Shown here one piece after another: positions 54,694 to 64,000 of a stretch of DNA of 64,000 nt (the stretch's first letter is position 1; every line of letters starts with the position of its first letter). The stretch lies in NCBI GenBank assembly GCA_949948775.1, contig CATLHC010000002.1:20211-84210 (forward strand). The letters are read 5' to 3'. The DNA is from an uncultured Oscillospiraceae bacterium (lineage in GTDB: Bacteria > Bacillota > Clostridia > Oscillospirales > Oscillospiraceae). Made by a program: the position numbers and the translations under genes. The notes beneath the pieces are model-generated. The model did no database searches, was not told the origin of the DNA, and worked only from the letters and a program-made list of their open reading frames with translations.

Positions 54694-56118
54694 ATGGCGG
54701 ACCAATACGGTCCCGGCGGACCCGACCCGCGGGACGGCCCGGAACAGAACAATACGTATCACTACAATTACAGCTACGGCTCCGGCTCGGGCCGGGGGAC
54801 CGGCGGGTCCAAGCCGCCCAGACGCTCCGACGACTGGGGGGAGTGGATCGGCATCGGCTTGATGCTGTTCATCCTGCCCTTCTGGTTCTGCAAAGTCATC
54901 GGCGTGATTTGGCTGCTGAACAAGCTGGGCAAGATGACCGCCGGCGACAAGCGCCGCTATAAGCAGGAGGCCAAAAACGCCGCCAACCGGGCCAGGAGCA
55001 CCGCCCAGCACCTGTTCCAGCAGGGGACGGACGCCGCCCGCCAGGCCGCCGACAGCGTCCGCCAGACGGCGGATACCGCCCGTCAGGCTCAGGCCGCGCC
55101 CGGCGGCGGGAGCACCTATCACTACCAATACAGCCGGTCCAAGGGGGAGAAAAAGGCGCAGGCCCAGGACGAGCCCTGGGAGCGGAAGGACAAGGCCGGG
55201 AGCTGGAACCAGTCGGAGAGCGGTCGGAAGAGGGCCCGGAAAAAGGCGGGCGGCGGCACCGGACTCATTGTGGGAGGCGGCGTTTTGACCGCTATTTTCG
55301 GGTTCACCGTGTTTACCCTTGGCATCATCGGGGCGGTGGAGAACGTGGCGGAAATGCTCATCCCCATTGGCATCTGCCTGCCCTTCCTGGCGGGAGGCGT
55401 GGGAATGCTGGCCTCCGGCATTGGCCGCAACCGCCGCAGTGAGCGCTACCTGAACTACCTGGCCTATATCGGCGCAAACCGGGAGGTGGCCTTGGCCCCC
55501 ATGGCCGCCGCCTTCGACGTGTCCGTGGGTAAGCTGTGCAAAGATTTGCGGCGGATGCTGTCCAAGGGCATCCTGCCCACAGGGTATCTGGATTTGGCTG
55601 AGGGCAAGCTGTACCTCACCGAGATGGGCTACCACGCCCCCGAACCCAAGCGGGAGGCCCCGCCCGTCCAGGAGGAGACCCCCCAGCAGGCCGCCGCCCG
55701 GGAGGACGACATCCTGCGGGAGATCCGACAGGTCAACGACGAGATTCCCGATGAGGTGATGAGCGCCAAAATCGACCGGATCGAGGAGATCACCCGGAAG
55801 ATCTTAAACTTCCAGAAGGCCCATCCCAATAAGGAAAGCCAGCTGCGCACCTTCCTGAACTATTACCTGCCCACCACCCTGAAAATCCTGCGGGCCTATG
55901 CCCAGCTGGACGCCCAGGGCATTGAGGGGGAGAACATCTCCGCCGCCAAAAAGCGCATCGAGGACATGATGGACCAGGTGGTCTCCGGGTTTGAGAAGCA
56001 GCTTGACAAGCTGTTCCAGGACGACGCCATGGACATCACCTCGGACGTGGAGGTGCTGGAGAACATGCTCAAGAAGGACGGGCTGTCCGACGAGGGCGGG
56101 ATCACCATGACATTGTAA
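54694..56118 (+). CDS. XpaC-like (5-bromo-4-chloroindolyl phosphate hydrolysis family) membrane protein
   Basis: TM segments plus C-terminal LRTFLNYYLPTTLKIL..Y..FEKQLDKLFQDDAMDITSDVEVLENML..DGL. Confidence 0.85.
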   Translation: MADQYGPGGPDPRDGPEQNNTYHYNYSYGSGSGRGTGGSKPPRRSDDWGEWIGIGLMLFILPFWFCKVIGVIWLLNKLGKMTAGDKRRYKQEAKNAANRARSTAQHLFQQGTDAARQAADSVRQTADTARQAQAAPGGGSTYHYQYSRSKGEKKAQAQDEPWERKDKAGSWNQSESGRKRARKKAGGGTGLIVGGGVLTAIFGFTVFTLGIIGAVENVAEMLIPIGICLPFLAGGVGMLASGIGRNRRSERYLNYLAYIGANREVALAPMAAAFDVSVGKLCKDLRRMLSKGILPTGYLDLAEGKLYLTEMGYHAPEPKREAPPVQEETPQQAAAREDDILREIRQVNDEIPDEVMSAKIDRIEEITRKILNFQKAHPNKESQLRTFLNYYLPTTLKILRAYAQLDAQGIEGENISAAKKRIEDMMDQVVSGFEKQLDKLFQDDAMDITSDVEVLENMLKKDGLSDEGGITMTL

Positions 56119-56242
56119 AGCGAGGATCAGCTGTTCTTCCTCAGCCGGACAAACTTCAAGCTGGTGTAATGGGGCGCCCTGGCCGCTGTGGATATCAGGA
56201 CCTGGGTCCGTAAGGACAGGTCATGGCGCTCCATGTTTGTCC

Positions 56243-56279
56243 GTACGCAGGGGTTTCCAAAACCCCTGTGTACTTTTTT
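56243..56279 (+). terminator. Intrinsic terminator
   Basis: GTACGCAGGGGTT-tccaa-AACCCCTGTGTAC followed by TTTTTT. Confidence 0.8.
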
Positions 56280-56300
56280 CAGGGGTTTTAAAACCTGAAG

Positions 56301-56325
56301 TGTCCAATCTTTTGGGTACGGTTGA
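56301..56325. mobile_element. Possible isolated IS3-family terminal inverted repeat remnant
   Basis: TGTCCAATCTTTTGGGTACGGTTGA resembles IS3/IS150-type right ends but has terminal GA instead of CA; no transposase nearby. Confidence 0.35.
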
Positions 56326-56398
56326 ATAGTAAGCAGCGCCTAAAATTACAAAAGTCATTGCGGCAGTTTGAAGCCAACCATACAAGCATGGTTTCCAC

Positions 56399-56427
56399 TT
56401 GAAATCGTCCCGCCCAAAGAGTAAAAT
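56399..56427 (+). promoter_or_regulatory. Sigma-A promoter of ychF
   Basis: TTGAAA-N17-TAAAAT. Confidence 0.7.
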
Positions 56428-56487
56428 GGCGTAGAAATGGCGTAGACGTTTCAGAAACCGTTGAAAACAAAGGAGTTGTGAGGATAT

Positions 56488-57585
56488 ATGAAGTTAGGCA
56501 TCGTGGGACTTCCCAACGTGGGAAAGTCCACTCTGTTCAACGCCATCACCAATGCGGGCGCGGAGAGCGCCAACTACCCCTTCTGCACCATTGAACCCAA
56601 TGTGGGTATCGTAGCCGTGCCGGACAGCCGCCTGGACTGGCTGAGCGACTTTTACAAGCCCAAGAAGACCACCCCCGCCGTGGTGGAGTTCGTGGACATC
56701 GCTGGGTTGGTGAAAGGCGCCTCTAAGGGCGAGGGCCTGGGCAACAAATTTTTGGCCAATATCCGGGAGTGCGCCGCCATTGTCCACGTGGTGCGGTGCT
56801 TCGATGACGAGAACGTCATTCACGTGGAGGGCTCCACCGACCCCGTGCGGGACATGGACATCATCGACCTGGAGCTGATCATGGCGGACGTGGAGATGGC
56901 GGACCGCCGCATTGATAAGGCCAGAAAGGCCGCCAAGGCGGACAAGAAATTCAACCATGAGGCGGAGGTGTTCGAGGGCCTGCGGGATTGGCTGAACGAC
57001 GGCAAATCCGCCCGGTCCTATCTCAGTGAGGTGGACGAGGAGGACGGTGAGCTGATCGCCACCAGTGAGCTTTTGTCCCTCAAGCCGGTGATCTACGCCG
57101 CCAATCTGGATGAGGACGGGTTTGCAGATCCGGCAGGCGTACCTTATTATAATCAGGTAGCGGAGCGGGCCGCCGCCGAGGGCGCCCAGGTGATTCCGGT
57201 GTGCGCCAAGCTGGAGGCAGAGATCGCCGAGCTGCCCGCCGACGAGAAGGCCATGTTCCTGGAGGACCTGGGTATCGCCGAGTCTGGCCTGGACCGGCTC
57301 ATCCGCGCCAGCTACACGCTGCTGGGGCTCATCTCCTTCCTCACCTCCGGTGAGGACGAGTGCCGGGCCTGGACCATCACCAGGGGTACCCGTGCCCCCC
57401 AGGCGGCGGGCAAGATTCACACCGATTTCGAGCGGGGGTTCATCCGGGCGGAGACGGTGGCCTTCGAGGATTTAAAGAACTGCGGCTCCATGTCCGCCGC
57501 CAGGGAAAAGGGCCTCATCCGCTCCGAAGGCAAGGAGTATGTGGTGCAGGACGGGGATATCATCCTGTTCCGGTTTAACGTGTAA
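56488..57585 (+). CDS. ychF: Ribosome-binding ATPase YchF
   Basis: [62 protein letters not shown]. Confidence 0.98.
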   Translation: MKLGIVGLPNVGKSTLFNAITNAGAESANYPFCTIEPNVGIVAVPDSRLDWLSDFYKPKKTTPAVVEFVDIAGLVKGASKGEGLGNKFLANIRECAAIVHVVRCFDDENVIHVEGSTDPVRDMDIIDLELIMADVEMADRRIDKARKAAKADKKFNHEAEVFEGLRDWLNDGKSARSYLSEVDEEDGELIATSELLSLKPVIYAANLDEDGFADPAGVPYYNQVAERAAAEGAQVIPVCAKLEAEIAELPADEKAMFLEDLGIAESGLDRLIRASYTLLGLISFLTSGEDECRAWTITRGTRAPQAAGKIHTDFERGFIRAETVAFEDLKNCGSMSAAREKGLIRSEGKEYVVQDGDIILFRFNV

Positions 57586-57908
57586 GGCCGTTTTCATCCA
57601 TCAAGCCCTTGGAAATACTGGGAGCCGCCGCTTTTATGCGGTGGCTCCTTTTGGCGTTTTGCCCTTACCCTACCCTTACCGGGATTTTCTACTGCATACG
57701 ACAGATACAGAATCGTCACAAATTGTTGGCTTGGAGTACAGCATGGGAGCGCCATCATCGGATATTGTCCGGTGGTGGCACTCCGTATCTTTTTGTATTA
57801 AAAAATTAAAAGCAGATGTATAAAACGCGCTCAATTGAGGAAAAACCTCAAATGGATGTTGATTTTGTTGGGGCTTGCATATATAATAATAATTAGGGGG
57901 TAGTTTAT

Positions 57909-59186
57909 ATGCTAATACAATTTTGCTTTAAAAATTTCAAATCATTTCGTGATGATACAATTTTAGACTTATCTGCTACTAAAATTACGGAAAACAGCAA
58001 CCATGTAATCCATATCGGAACAGAAAAAATATTGCCCATAGCGGCTATATATGGTGCAAATGCAAGTGGGAAGTCAAATGCCATTGATGCATTTCGCTTT
58101 ATGGCAATTTATGTGTTGGATTCTTTTGCCTATGGCGGTGAAAATGATGACAAGAAGTCAAGATCAAAGAGGCTAAAGCAGACACCATTTCTTTTTGATA
58201 CAACAAGCAAAGAAAATGTTTCGTCCTTTGAAGTACATTTCATTTCTTCCGAAAATGAAGGAAGCAAATGCTATAACTATGGTTTTACTTTAGATCAAAA
58301 TGGAATTGTAGAAGAGTGGCTCAATTCGAAGGCAAGAACTGCTAGAGAATATAGGAGAGTCTTCTATAGAAACAGATTAGAAAAAGAATTAGACTTGTCT
58401 GGATTGTCAGCCAATCGGCAAGAAAATATTAAAATTGCGTTAGAAAATGAAACGTTAATTGTATCTCTTGGAGCCAAATTGAAAATATCTAAACTTAAAC
58501 TCATTCGCGATTGGTTTTATGATTCAAACATAGCGGATTTTGGCGACCCCATTGAAAATGCATTTTTGTCGAGACTCATTCCACCTGGGTTTGCAGATGA
58601 TAAGGCAGTTCAAGATAAAGTTGTTAAATATTTTTCTGCTTTCGATTCGTCAATCATTGGATTTAATGTTGAAACTATTGCTTCAGATGATGGCGATGAT
58701 GATTCCAAGCATATAAAAATTGATGCAGTGCATAGAATTGCGGATTCTAACGAAACTGCGACAATCCCATTGGCAGAAGAATCTGCCGGCACATTAAAAA
58801 TGTTTGCTCTTTATCCTGCTTTACAAGACACTCTTGAAAACGGAGGAGTATTATTTGTTGACGAGTTAAATGCCCGACTCCATCCTTTGTTAGTGCGAGC
58901 GTTCTTGGTTGCATTTCTAAATCCTGAGACTAATCCTAAACATGCTCAACTAGTCTTTACGACCCATGATTCTTGGCAACTTTCGAACAACTTGCTGCGC
59001 AGAGACGAAATCTGGTTTACGGATAAAGACTCAAACGGAGTCTCTGTGTTATATTCGTTGGCCGACTTTGTTGATAATGATGGAGTCAAAATCCGTAAAG
59101 ACGAAAACTATGAAAAGAATTACCTTTTAGGAAAGTATGGCGCAATTCCGGTCTTATCATATTTTGATATGTTTACGGGGGAATAA
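57909..59186 (+). CDS. RloA-like AAA_21/AbiEii-family ATPase, low GC
   Basis: NFKSF, IYGANASGKSN, ESAGT, DELNARLHP, QLVFTTH, RRDEIWF, YLLGKYGAIP; visibly AT-rich; TTGATT-N17-TATAAT promoter at 57859-57887. Confidence 0.9.
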   Translation: MLIQFCFKNFKSFRDDTILDLSATKITENSNHVIHIGTEKILPIAAIYGANASGKSNAIDAFRFMAIYVLDSFAYGGENDDKKSRSKRLKQTPFLFDTTSKENVSSFEVHFISSENEGSKCYNYGFTLDQNGIVEEWLNSKARTAREYRRVFYRNRLEKELDLSGLSANRQENIKIALENETLIVSLGAKLKISKLKLIRDWFYDSNIADFGDPIENAFLSRLIPPGFADDKAVQDKVVKYFSAFDSSIIGFNVETIASDDGDDDSKHIKIDAVHRIADSNETATIPLAEESAGTLKMFALYPALQDTLENGGVLFVDELNARLHPLLVRAFLVAFLNPETNPKHAQLVFTTHDSWQLSNNLLRRDEIWFTDKDSNGVSVLYSLADFVDNDGVKIRKDENYEKNYLLGKYGAIPVLSYFDMFTGE

Positions 59187-59188
59187 TT

Positions 59189-59470
59189 GTGGCAGGAGCT
59201 GATAGAACTGGAAAGCGCATTCCAAGATCAGCATTAAAAAAGCGAATCCCCGATTTGGGGAGATACTTTATTGATACGAACGCAGATGAAACCGAAGAGA
59301 AAATATATGTATGATCTCAGAGATTCGTTGCCCAAAGAGGTTCAGGGATGCAGAAAGATGTGGAATCCATGTGGGATGGTCAAATCCGCGCATTGGGATT
59401 TTGTTTGACAAATACTTTGGAACTATGTATGTAGACTGGCTGACCTCCCCAGTTTGCTGCCAAGGATTTC
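59189..59470 (+). pseudogene. RloB-like pseudogene (frameshift, internal deletion, truncation)
   Basis: GTG start 2 nt after the ATPase stop: KRIPDLGRYFIDT...ETEEK, frameshift to YMYDLRDSLPKEVQG, then another frame gives GIHVGWSNPRIGILF (RloB SNPC.E.W-like motif, degraded). Confidence 0.7.
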
Positions 59471-59503
59471 CCATTCCGGGCGTTCCCTTTGCAATGCCGC
59501 CGG

Positions 59504-60151
59504 CTAATTACCTTTGCTTCCTGTCACAGAAAAAATGACCCATTCCGCGATATTGACTGCGTGGTCGCTGATACGTTCCAGATATTTGTCGATCATCAGC
59601 AGATCCAGAATGTGCTCCCCCGCTGCGGGATTTTCAACCACCGTCTGAATCAGTACACCCCGTACTTGTGTAAAATATCGGTCGATCACATCATCATGCG
59701 CAATGACGGCTCCGGCTTCCGTAATATCTTGTTTTACATAAGAGTCCACGCTTTCGGTGACCATTTTGATGGTTTCCGCCGCCATATCCCGGATGTGGCC
59801 CACGTCCTCTGGGCGATAGCCCTCGGACAGCATGGCCAGGATGATCTCCGCAATATCGGCCGCCTGATCGCCGATGCGCTCCATGTCGGTGATAATTTTC
59901 AGCGCGGCGGAAATCTGCCGCAGATCCCGAGCCACCGGCTGCTGTTGAAGCAGAAGCTTCAGGCACAGCGACTCAATGTCCCGCTCCATCTGGTCAACCT
60001 CGGCTTCCAGCAGCTCTACCTTTTCCGCCAGCGCCTTGTCGCCGTCGCTCAGGGCCTTGGCCGCCAGTGAGATGGCCTCCTCGCACAGCGCGCCCATCTG
60101 GATCAGCTCGTTTTTCATCAGGGCAAGCTGCTCATCAAATTTGCTGCGCAT
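59504..60151 (-). CDS. phoU: Phosphate signalling protein PhoU
   Basis: QQPVARDLR..ITDMERIGDQAADI..DDVID..YLERISDHAVNIAE. Confidence 0.97.
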   Translation of the reverse strand: MRSKFDEQLALMKNELIQMGALCEEAISLAAKALSDGDKALAEKVELLEAEVDQMERDIESLCLKLLLQQQPVARDLRQISAALKIITDMERIGDQAADIAEIILAMLSEGYRPEDVGHIRDMAAETIKMVTESVDSYVKQDITEAGAVIAHDDVIDRYFTQVRGVLIQTVVENPAAGEHILDLLMIDKYLERISDHAVNIAEWVIFSVTGSKGN

Positions 60152-60906
60152 TATCCAAACCTCCCTGTGATGTAATCCTCGGTTTCCCGGCGCTCCGGCT
60201 GGGAGAACAACCGCTCCGTCCCGCCGAATTCGATCAGTTCGCCCAGCAGGAAAAACGCGGTATAATCCGAAATGCGCACGGCCTGCTGCATATTGTGGGT
60301 CACGATGATGATGGTATACTTCTCCTTCAGTCCCATGGCCAGCTCCTCGATTTTGGAGGTGGAGATGGGGTCCAGGGCTGAGGTGGGTTCATCCATCAGC
60401 AGCACCTTCGGCCCCACAGCCAGGGCACGAGCAATGCACAGCCGCTGCTGCTGTCCGCCGGACAGACCCAGAGCGTTCTTTTTCAGCCGGTCCTTCACCT
60501 CGTCCCATATGGCCGCATCCCGAAGGGAGCGCTCCACGATGTCGTCCAGCTTGGCCTTTCCCTTGACGCCGTGGGTCCGGGGGCCGTAGGCGACATTGTC
60601 GTAAATACTCATGGGGAAGGGGTTGGGCTTCTGGAATACCATGCCGATCTCCTTGCGCAGCAGATTTACATCCAGGCCGGGGGCGTAGACGTCCTGCTTC
60701 CCGTACCGCACCCTGCCGGTGATCTTCACGCCGGGGACAAGATCGTTCATCCGGTTCAGCGTCTTCAGAAAGGTGGACTTGCCACAGCCGGAGGGGCCAA
60801 TGAAGGCGGTGATGCTCTGTTCCGGTATGTCAATGTCGATGTTTTTCAGCGCCTGGGCGCTGCCGTACCACAGGCACAGGTCCTTGGCGGTGATGATGCT
60901 ATTCAT
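60151..60906 (-). CDS. pstB: Phosphate ABC transporter ATPase PstB
   Basis: [52 protein letters not shown]; start MNSII at 60906. Confidence 0.97.
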   Translation of the reverse strand: MNSIITAKDLCLWYGSAQALKNIDIDIPEQSITAFIGPSGCGKSTFLKTLNRMNDLVPGVKITGRVRYGKQDVYAPGLDVNLLRKEIGMVFQKPNPFPMSIYDNVAYGPRTHGVKGKAKLDDIVERSLRDAAIWDEVKDRLKKNALGLSGGQQQRLCIARALAVGPKVLLMDEPTSALDPISTSKIEELAMGLKEKYTIIIVTHNMQQAVRISDYTAFFLLGELIEFGGTERLFSQPERRETEDYITGRFG

Positions 60907-61766
60907 AGCGCGCTCCTTTTCTTGAAGTACCGGCCCGCCAGCGCGGCGGCCAGGTTGATGACCAGCGTCAGCGCCATGAGAATGGCGGCGATGGCGAAGG
61001 AGGCCTCCGCCGCGCCGGGGCGGGGCTCTCTGGCGTAGAGGTACAGCGCCACCGTGAGGGTGGCCCCCGGGCTGCCCAGGCCGGAGAAAAAGTCGTTGAG
61101 GGTGTGGGCAACCCCCGCCGTGAACAACAGCGCCGCGCTCTCCCCCAGAATGCGGCCCGCCGACAGGATGCACCCGGTGACCACCCCATCCACGCAGCCG
61201 GGGAGCACCACCGTACGCACCACCCGCCACTTTCCGGCCCCCAGTCCGAAGGCGCCCTCCCGGTAGCTTTGGGGGACGGTTTTCAGGCTCTCCTGGGCGG
61301 TGCGCATGACGGTGGGCAGGTTCATGATAACCAGCGTCAGCGCCCCGGCCAGCAGACAGGAGCCGAAGGTGTTGGCGAACAGCAGCATCCCCACCAGGCC
61401 GAAGATGATGGACGGGATGCCGGACAGGGTCTCCGCCGCGTACTCGATGACGGCCACCAGCCGCTTGTTCCGGGCGTACTCCGTCAGGTAGATGGCCGCG
61501 CCCACCCCCAGGGGGAGGACGATGAGCAGGGTGGCGATGATAATGTACACCGTGTTCAGAATGTCCGGCAGGATGCCGATGGTGCCGTCCAGATAGCTAA
61601 GCTTGGTGGAGACCAGCTCCCAGGTGACGTTGGGGACGCCCTTGACCAGCACGTAACCGATGAGGAACAGGGCGACGCCGCAGGTAATGGCCGCCGACAG
61701 ACAACATAGGCCTTTCATCAGGCGGATATAGAGCTTTCTGCCGGTGGAAATGGAACTGTTTTGCAT
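60903..61766 (-). CDS. pstA: Phosphate ABC transporter permease PstA
   Basis: [43 protein letters not shown]. Confidence 0.95.
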   Translation of the reverse strand: MQNSSISTGRKLYIRLMKGLCCLSAAITCGVALFLIGYVLVKGVPNVTWELVSTKLSYLDGTIGILPDILNTVYIIIATLLIVLPLGVGAAIYLTEYARNKRLVAVIEYAAETLSGIPSIIFGLVGMLLFANTFGSCLLAGALTLVIMNLPTVMRTAQESLKTVPQSYREGAFGLGAGKWRVVRTVVLPGCVDGVVTGCILSAGRILGESAALLFTAGVAHTLNDFFSGLGSPGATLTVALYLYAREPRPGAAEASFAIAAILMALTLVINLAAALAGRYFKKRSAL

Positions 61767-61770
61767 CTCC

Positions 61771-62640
61771 TCACCTCTCCTTGTCCCGCTTTAGAAAGAA
61801 ATTCAGCGCGGCGTTGATGAGCAGGATGAATAGGTACAGCACCAGAGCGATGGAGAACAGCGCCTGGCGCTGTAAGCCGCTGGAGTAGGCCATCTCGCTG
61901 GCCACCGCCGTGGTGAGGAACCGGACGCTCTGGAATAGGGAGGGCATATTGGGCACATTACCGGACACCATCATCACCGCCATGGCCTCGCCTATGGCCC
62001 GGCCCACCCCCAGCACCACCGCCGCGGCGATGCCGCTTTTGGCCGCCGGGGCGGATACCCGGAAATAGGTCTCGATTGAGGTCGCCCCCAGGGCCAGGGA
62101 GGCGTCCTCGTACTCCGAGGGCACCGCCTCCAGGGCGGTGACGGACACCTTGATGATGGAGGGCAGGATCATGATGGCCAGCACCACGATGGCCGAGAGC
62201 AGGCTGGCCCCGTCCGGTACATGAAAGAGCCTTCGTATCCCCGGCACCAGCACCAGCATGCCCACCAGGCCGTACACCACCGACGGGATGCCCGCCAGCA
62301 GGCTGACGGCGGACTCCACCACCGCTTTCACTCTGGGCGGGGCCAGCTTGGCGAGATAGACCGCCGCCAGGAAGCCCACCGGAACCCCAAATAAAATCGC
62401 CCCCGCCGTACCGTAGACACTGGTGAGGATAAAGGGCAGGATGCCGAAGGACGGCTCCGCCGCCGTGGACTCCCAGGTGTCCCCCAGCAGGAAGTCCACG
62501 AGGCCGATCTGCCGGATGGCGGGGATGCCGGACAGCACCAGGTACACCGTAATGAGCAGGACGCAGCCCACCGTGACCAGGCCCAGGAGCAGGAAGACTC
62601 CGTGGATGATCGTTTCAGCAAGCCGTTGCTGCTTTTGCAT
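61771..62640 (-). CDS. pstC: Phosphate ABC transporter permease PstC
   Basis: LAGIPSVVYGL, EDASLALGAT, GRAIGEAMAVMMVSGN. Confidence 0.95.
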   Translation of the reverse strand: MQKQQRLAETIIHGVFLLLGLVTVGCVLLITVYLVLSGIPAIRQIGLVDFLLGDTWESTAAEPSFGILPFILTSVYGTAGAILFGVPVGFLAAVYLAKLAPPRVKAVVESAVSLLAGIPSVVYGLVGMLVLVPGIRRLFHVPDGASLLSAIVVLAIMILPSIIKVSVTALEAVPSEYEDASLALGATSIETYFRVSAPAAKSGIAAAVVLGVGRAIGEAMAVMMVSGNVPNMPSLFQSVRFLTTAVASEMAYSSGLQRQALFSIALVLYLFILLINAALNFFLKRDKER

Positions 62641-62704
62641 AATCGTCGCCTCCTGTCATGGAGAAGCGGCGGCGGTCCATTCCGCTGCCGCTCTCCGGTG
62701 GGTT

Positions 62705-63526
62705 TTAGTTAGCCGCCACCGCGCCGGCCTTGGCAATGAGAGGAGCGGCGTCAGCGGAGGTGGCGAAGTCAAAGAACGCCTGGGCTACCTCAGAGAGAGG
62801 GGCATCCGTTTTGGTCACCAGGACGAAGGGCCGCTGGATGGGATAGCTGCCGTCCTTGACCGTCTCCTCGGAGGGGGCCACGCCGCCCACGGACAAGGCC
62901 TTCACGCTGTCCGCCACGGAGGCCAGGGAGGCGTAGCCGATGGCGTCCGGGTTCTGGGAGACGGCGGTAACCACATCGCCGGTGGAGGTCAGCTCCTGGC
63001 GGTATTGGCACTGTTCGGCGGTGCCGGTGATGGACTCGAAGCCGTCCCGGGTGCCGCTGCCCGCCTCCCGGCCGATGAGGACCACGGTTGCGTCGTTGCC
63101 GCCCACGTCCTTCCAGTTGGCGATCTCGCCGGTGTAGAGCTTGGCGATCGTCTCAACGTCCAGGTCGGAGACCGGGTTGTCCGGGTGGACGATCACCGCG
63201 ATGCCGTCCAGAGCCAGGACGGTGGCGGTCAGCCCGGCTGTCGTCTCCTCGTCCTTCAGGTTACGGCTGGACAGGCCGATGTCGCAGCGGCCCTCCTGGA
63301 CGGCCTGGATGCCGGAGCCGGAGCCGGTGGGGTTGTAAGTAAAGGTCACGCCGCTGTTCTCGTTTTGGAAGGCCTCGCCCAGCGCCCCGATGACGTTTTC
63401 CATGGAGGTAGAGCCGTCGGTGGTCACTGTGCCGGACATCTTCTGCTGCTGGGAACAGCCGGCGAGGGCCGTAACCGCAATAACGGCGCTCAGCGCAAGG
63501 CCCATCCATTTTTGAATTTTTTTCAT
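62705..63526 (-). CDS. pstS: Phosphate-binding lipoprotein PstS
   Basis: Lipobox LAGC, DGSTS, GSGSGI, SSR, DGIAVIV, REAGSGTR, YPIQRP. Confidence 0.95.
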   Translation of the reverse strand: MKKIQKWMGLALSAVIAVTALAGCSQQQKMSGTVTTDGSTSMENVIGALGEAFQNENSGVTFTYNPTGSGSGIQAVQEGRCDIGLSSRNLKDEETTAGLTATVLALDGIAVIVHPDNPVSDLDVETIAKLYTGEIANWKDVGGNDATVVLIGREAGSGTRDGFESITGTAEQCQYRQELTSTGDVVTAVSQNPDAIGYASLASVADSVKALSVGGVAPSEETVKDGSYPIQRPFVLVTKTDAPLSEVAQAFFDFATSADAAPLIAKAGAVAAN

Positions 63527-63610
63527 GATCAATTACTCCTTATTCCTGTTTTGATAGTCAGAAGAAGAATTCCTGTTTTCCTCCTCACAAAAACAAGGAT
63601 ACGACCCGTA

Positions 63611-63660
63611 TGTAAAATCCAAAAGAGGACTTTTGTAAAGTGTTTGTATGACTTTGTCAG
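63611..63660 (-). promoter_or_regulatory. Probable Pho box (PhoP sites) upstream of pstS
   Basis: Minus-strand CTGACA, CATACA, TTTACA hexamers at 10-11 bp spacing plus a further TTTACA. Confidence 0.55.
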
Positions 63661-63908
63661 GGGCATGCGTATTTGCGCTGATATTCCCGGTGCCGTTCCT
63701 GAAACTCCCCGCTGCCGTCCCGGATCTTCCGAAGGGAACGGTGCAGATTCAAGTCATCGTGGGCGCAATCCCAAACTGCCCACGACAAAAATAATGCGAA
63801 AGCCGGCGCAGCTTAACACTACGCCGACCCTCGCTTAAAATGTTTTGCGTCACCGCCCCGTGGGGCGCGCCTCTTTTTCCGACGCTCTCCCCGCTTCGGC
63901 CCAGAAGT

Positions 63909-64000
63909 TCACTTCAGCTCACTGGTGGGGATGCCGTCCATGTCGTCGAAGTCCTGGTTTTCTCCGCACATGCCCCAGATGAAGGTGTAGTTGGCGGTGC
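63909..64000 (-). CDS. kduI: 3' end of 5-keto-4-deoxyuronate isomerase KduI (partial)
   Basis: Manual translation: TANYTFIWGMCGENQDFDDMDGIPTSELK*. Confidence 0.9.
   Translation of the reverse strand, partial: TANYTFIWGMCGENQDFDDMDGIPTSELK

Noticed and set aside
57609-57823. Short ORFs downstream of ychF
   Set aside because: No RBS or recognisable motifs; they overlap a terminator-like hairpin and the putative attachment region
60907-61230. N-terminal extension of the PstB ORF
   Set aside because: Overlaps pstA out of frame; PstB similarity starts at MNSII (60906)
1-64000. CRISPR arrays, tRNA/rRNA genes, intact transposases or prophage genes
   Set aside because: None recognised by eye; the repeats seen are coding-domain repeats or terminators

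Overview
High-GC Bacillota window. spoIIID, SLH proteins and the csrA-fliW-yviE-flgL-flgK-flgN-flgM order suggest a motile spore-forming clostridial gut bacterium, possibly Oscillospiraceae-like (inference). About 1-44.3 kb is the distal part of a flagellar/chemotaxis supercluster: fliA (5' truncated), two rod genes, cheC-cheD-cheV, fliD-fliS, flgM-flgN-flgK-flgL-yviE-fliW-csrA-yjfB, cheA-cheW-cheR-cheB, and FliK-like plus FlhB-C-like genes. Non-canonical accessory genes are interleaved: a catalytically degenerate EAL-HDOD protein, an orphan ParA ATPase paired with a ComFB-domain protein, a membrane-anchored C39-like peptidase divergent from an orphan FtsE-like ATPase, an FtsA/PilM-like actin-fold protein with beta-grasp-like repeats plus a bitopic partner, a stand-alone Clp-D2 AAA+ ATPase, and two giant SLH surface proteins bracketed by two PilZ genes. 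About 44.5-57.6 kb holds housekeeping and miscellaneous genes (two MATEs, bioY with a BirA operator, trmO, cysteine desulfurase, spoIIID, XpaC-like, ychF) plus an orphan gene with a strong sigma-28 promoter. A low-GC rloA/pseudo-rloB islet follows the 3' end of ychF, then pstSCAB-phoU and the 3' end of kduI. The best candidate for an undescribed system is the ParA-ComFB pair, together with the neighbouring division-protein paralogues, as a possibly c-di-GMP-linked positioning or assembly module for flagella or chemoreceptors. All family assignments are by eye from motifs and gene context; no database searches were run.
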